Assembly: GCA_964036045.1 (NCBI GenBank)
Contig: OZ038379.1
Span: 71,114,001 to 71,178,000 of the forward strand
Length of the DNA: 64,000 nucleotides
Direction of reading: 5' to 3'
DNA from: Eutreptiella sp. 'Long Island Sound 2002'
Lineage: Eukaryota > Protista > Euglenida
Part shown: in pieces, positions 62,811 to 64,000 of the stretch
How positions within the stretch are numbered: the stretch's first letter is position 1
How the letters are laid out: the number at the start of each line of letters is the position of its first letter
The notes under the pieces: model-generated
The model's database searches: none
Seen by the model: only the letters and a program-made list of their open reading frames with translations
Told to the model about the DNA's origin: nothing
Translations under genes and position numbers: made by a program

Positions 62811-62919
62811 GTCGAATTTTCATCGAATTGCCGCCGTGTTTGTCGGCCCCGTTCTTTCCGTGCTGCCATTGTACATGACAACCCCGTCCGCCTATAACCC
62901 CCTTCCCCTCTCCTCCTTA

Positions 62920-64000
62920 GGTGACCATTGCCCAATGGCGCCGTTTGGGCCTGCTGCAGCCACTTAAAGCACCCAATGCCACGTCCCAAATTGGCCGCGT
63001 GGCGCCGGCAGCGCAGCACTTCATCAGGGTTGGGGAGGATAGGATTGTGCTTGGCCCCCCGGCGCTCTATGAGGGCACTGGTTTCGGACATGAGGTGTCC
63101 TTGCTCGCGCAAGCCCCTCACACCAAGACACATTGGTGTAGAGCATTCAAGGTGAAAATTCGGCGGGGGGGGGGGGGGCGGAAATTGTGACGGCCGTTAC
63201 CATCCCCATTGTTTGTAGCATTTGGACCTCACAGGAGAAGACTCATTATGGGGTAGCAGTGTTGTACTACGTGTCTTACTATGAGGGGGGGCGTAAGATT
63301 TAGTTCCAATGCCTTGTTCCAACGGATGCCACCTTCCGTTGGATCACCCATCAGTCTTTGCACAATTTCCGTGCATTTGGGGGGGATGACTTGCCAGACT
63401 ATGTTGCAGATTGGATGAAGGAGTGGGAAAGCAGCTCCACCCCGAGATATGATCGTCGCGTTACGAAACAGGAGGTTGAGGTTGGGGACGTTGGAGACGG
63501 TGATGTCAACTCCCTTGCCCAAGGAGAGAGAAAGAGACCCCATTCAAAGGACACCAAGCGAGGGGGGGGGGGGGGGAGCCAGATGCCAAGAAACGTCCAT
63601 GCACAAGAGTAAGCAGTTCTCAGGACGAACCCATTTTCCTCAGTGATGCCAACCAAATTGCAGGGCAAGTGAGTGAGGAGTTTGCTAGCGACGTGCTGGT
63701 CAATGTGAAAGATGCAATGTCAACACAAGGAACCACGGTTGTTGCAACAGCACTGAGAGAGGAGAGGCGGATGGAGGTTGAAGCCCGGTTGAAGAAAGAA
63801 GAGAAAAAACAAAAAAAATGGGAAAACAAATTGGAATTGGCCATTCTTGAGCAAGTTTAGCTGAGGAAGGAGAGGGACGAGGCAGAGGCAACCGATAAGG
63901 TAATTCCGGAGAAATTGAAAGATGGTACCATTGATGTTGCGCGCCTTAGAGCTGAGAGGGGCAATTTGCGAGACCGAGTTGAAAATTTGGAGTTGGACAA
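62920..64000 (+). pseudogene. Degenerate ORF with a PHD-finger-like fragment and coiled coil (runs off the window)
   Basis: HWCRAF...(poly-G frameshift)...NCDGRYHPHCL (63183-63215), then acidic and heptad-rich frames (REERRMEVEARLKKEEKK...). Confidence 0.35.

Overview
Eukaryotic, heterochromatin-like window built almost entirely from degenerate transposons and satellites. It shows TTAGGG-type repeats and GT-AG introns, and its repeat style is reminiscent of euglenids (recalled from memory, low confidence). No rRNA, tRNA, CRISPR array or intact housekeeping gene is supported. Main content: (i) a multi-gene DNA element present three times (~0.1-2.3, 48.6-51.8 and 52.1-58.4 kb). It carries a 2-oxoglutarate/Fe(II) dioxygenase-type gene (HxD...H, with a possible GNAT-like N-terminal part), and in the most complete copy this gene lies directly upstream of a RAG1/Transib-like DDE transposase. 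(ii) A second, different PhyH-like dioxygenase pseudogene with Cys-rich and PHD-like neighbours at 60.6-64 kb. (iii) A second Transib-like transposase (15.4-17.2 kb), a P-element-like transposase (26.2-30.4 kb) and a probable LINE remnant (33.3-36.9 kb). (iv) Several satellites: ~84-bp (2.7-7.3 kb), ~28-bp (12.7-14.5 kb, inserted into an ORF whose frame is restored on removal), ~235-bp (23.2-25.2 kb) and an 11-kb array of a 72-bp hairpin monomer with a covarying sister family at 58.4-58.9 kb. Copy comparisons show recurrent CCAG/CTGG to CTAG changes, which suggest non-CpG cytosine modification. All protein family calls come from motif recognition by eye and need HMM or structure confirmation.
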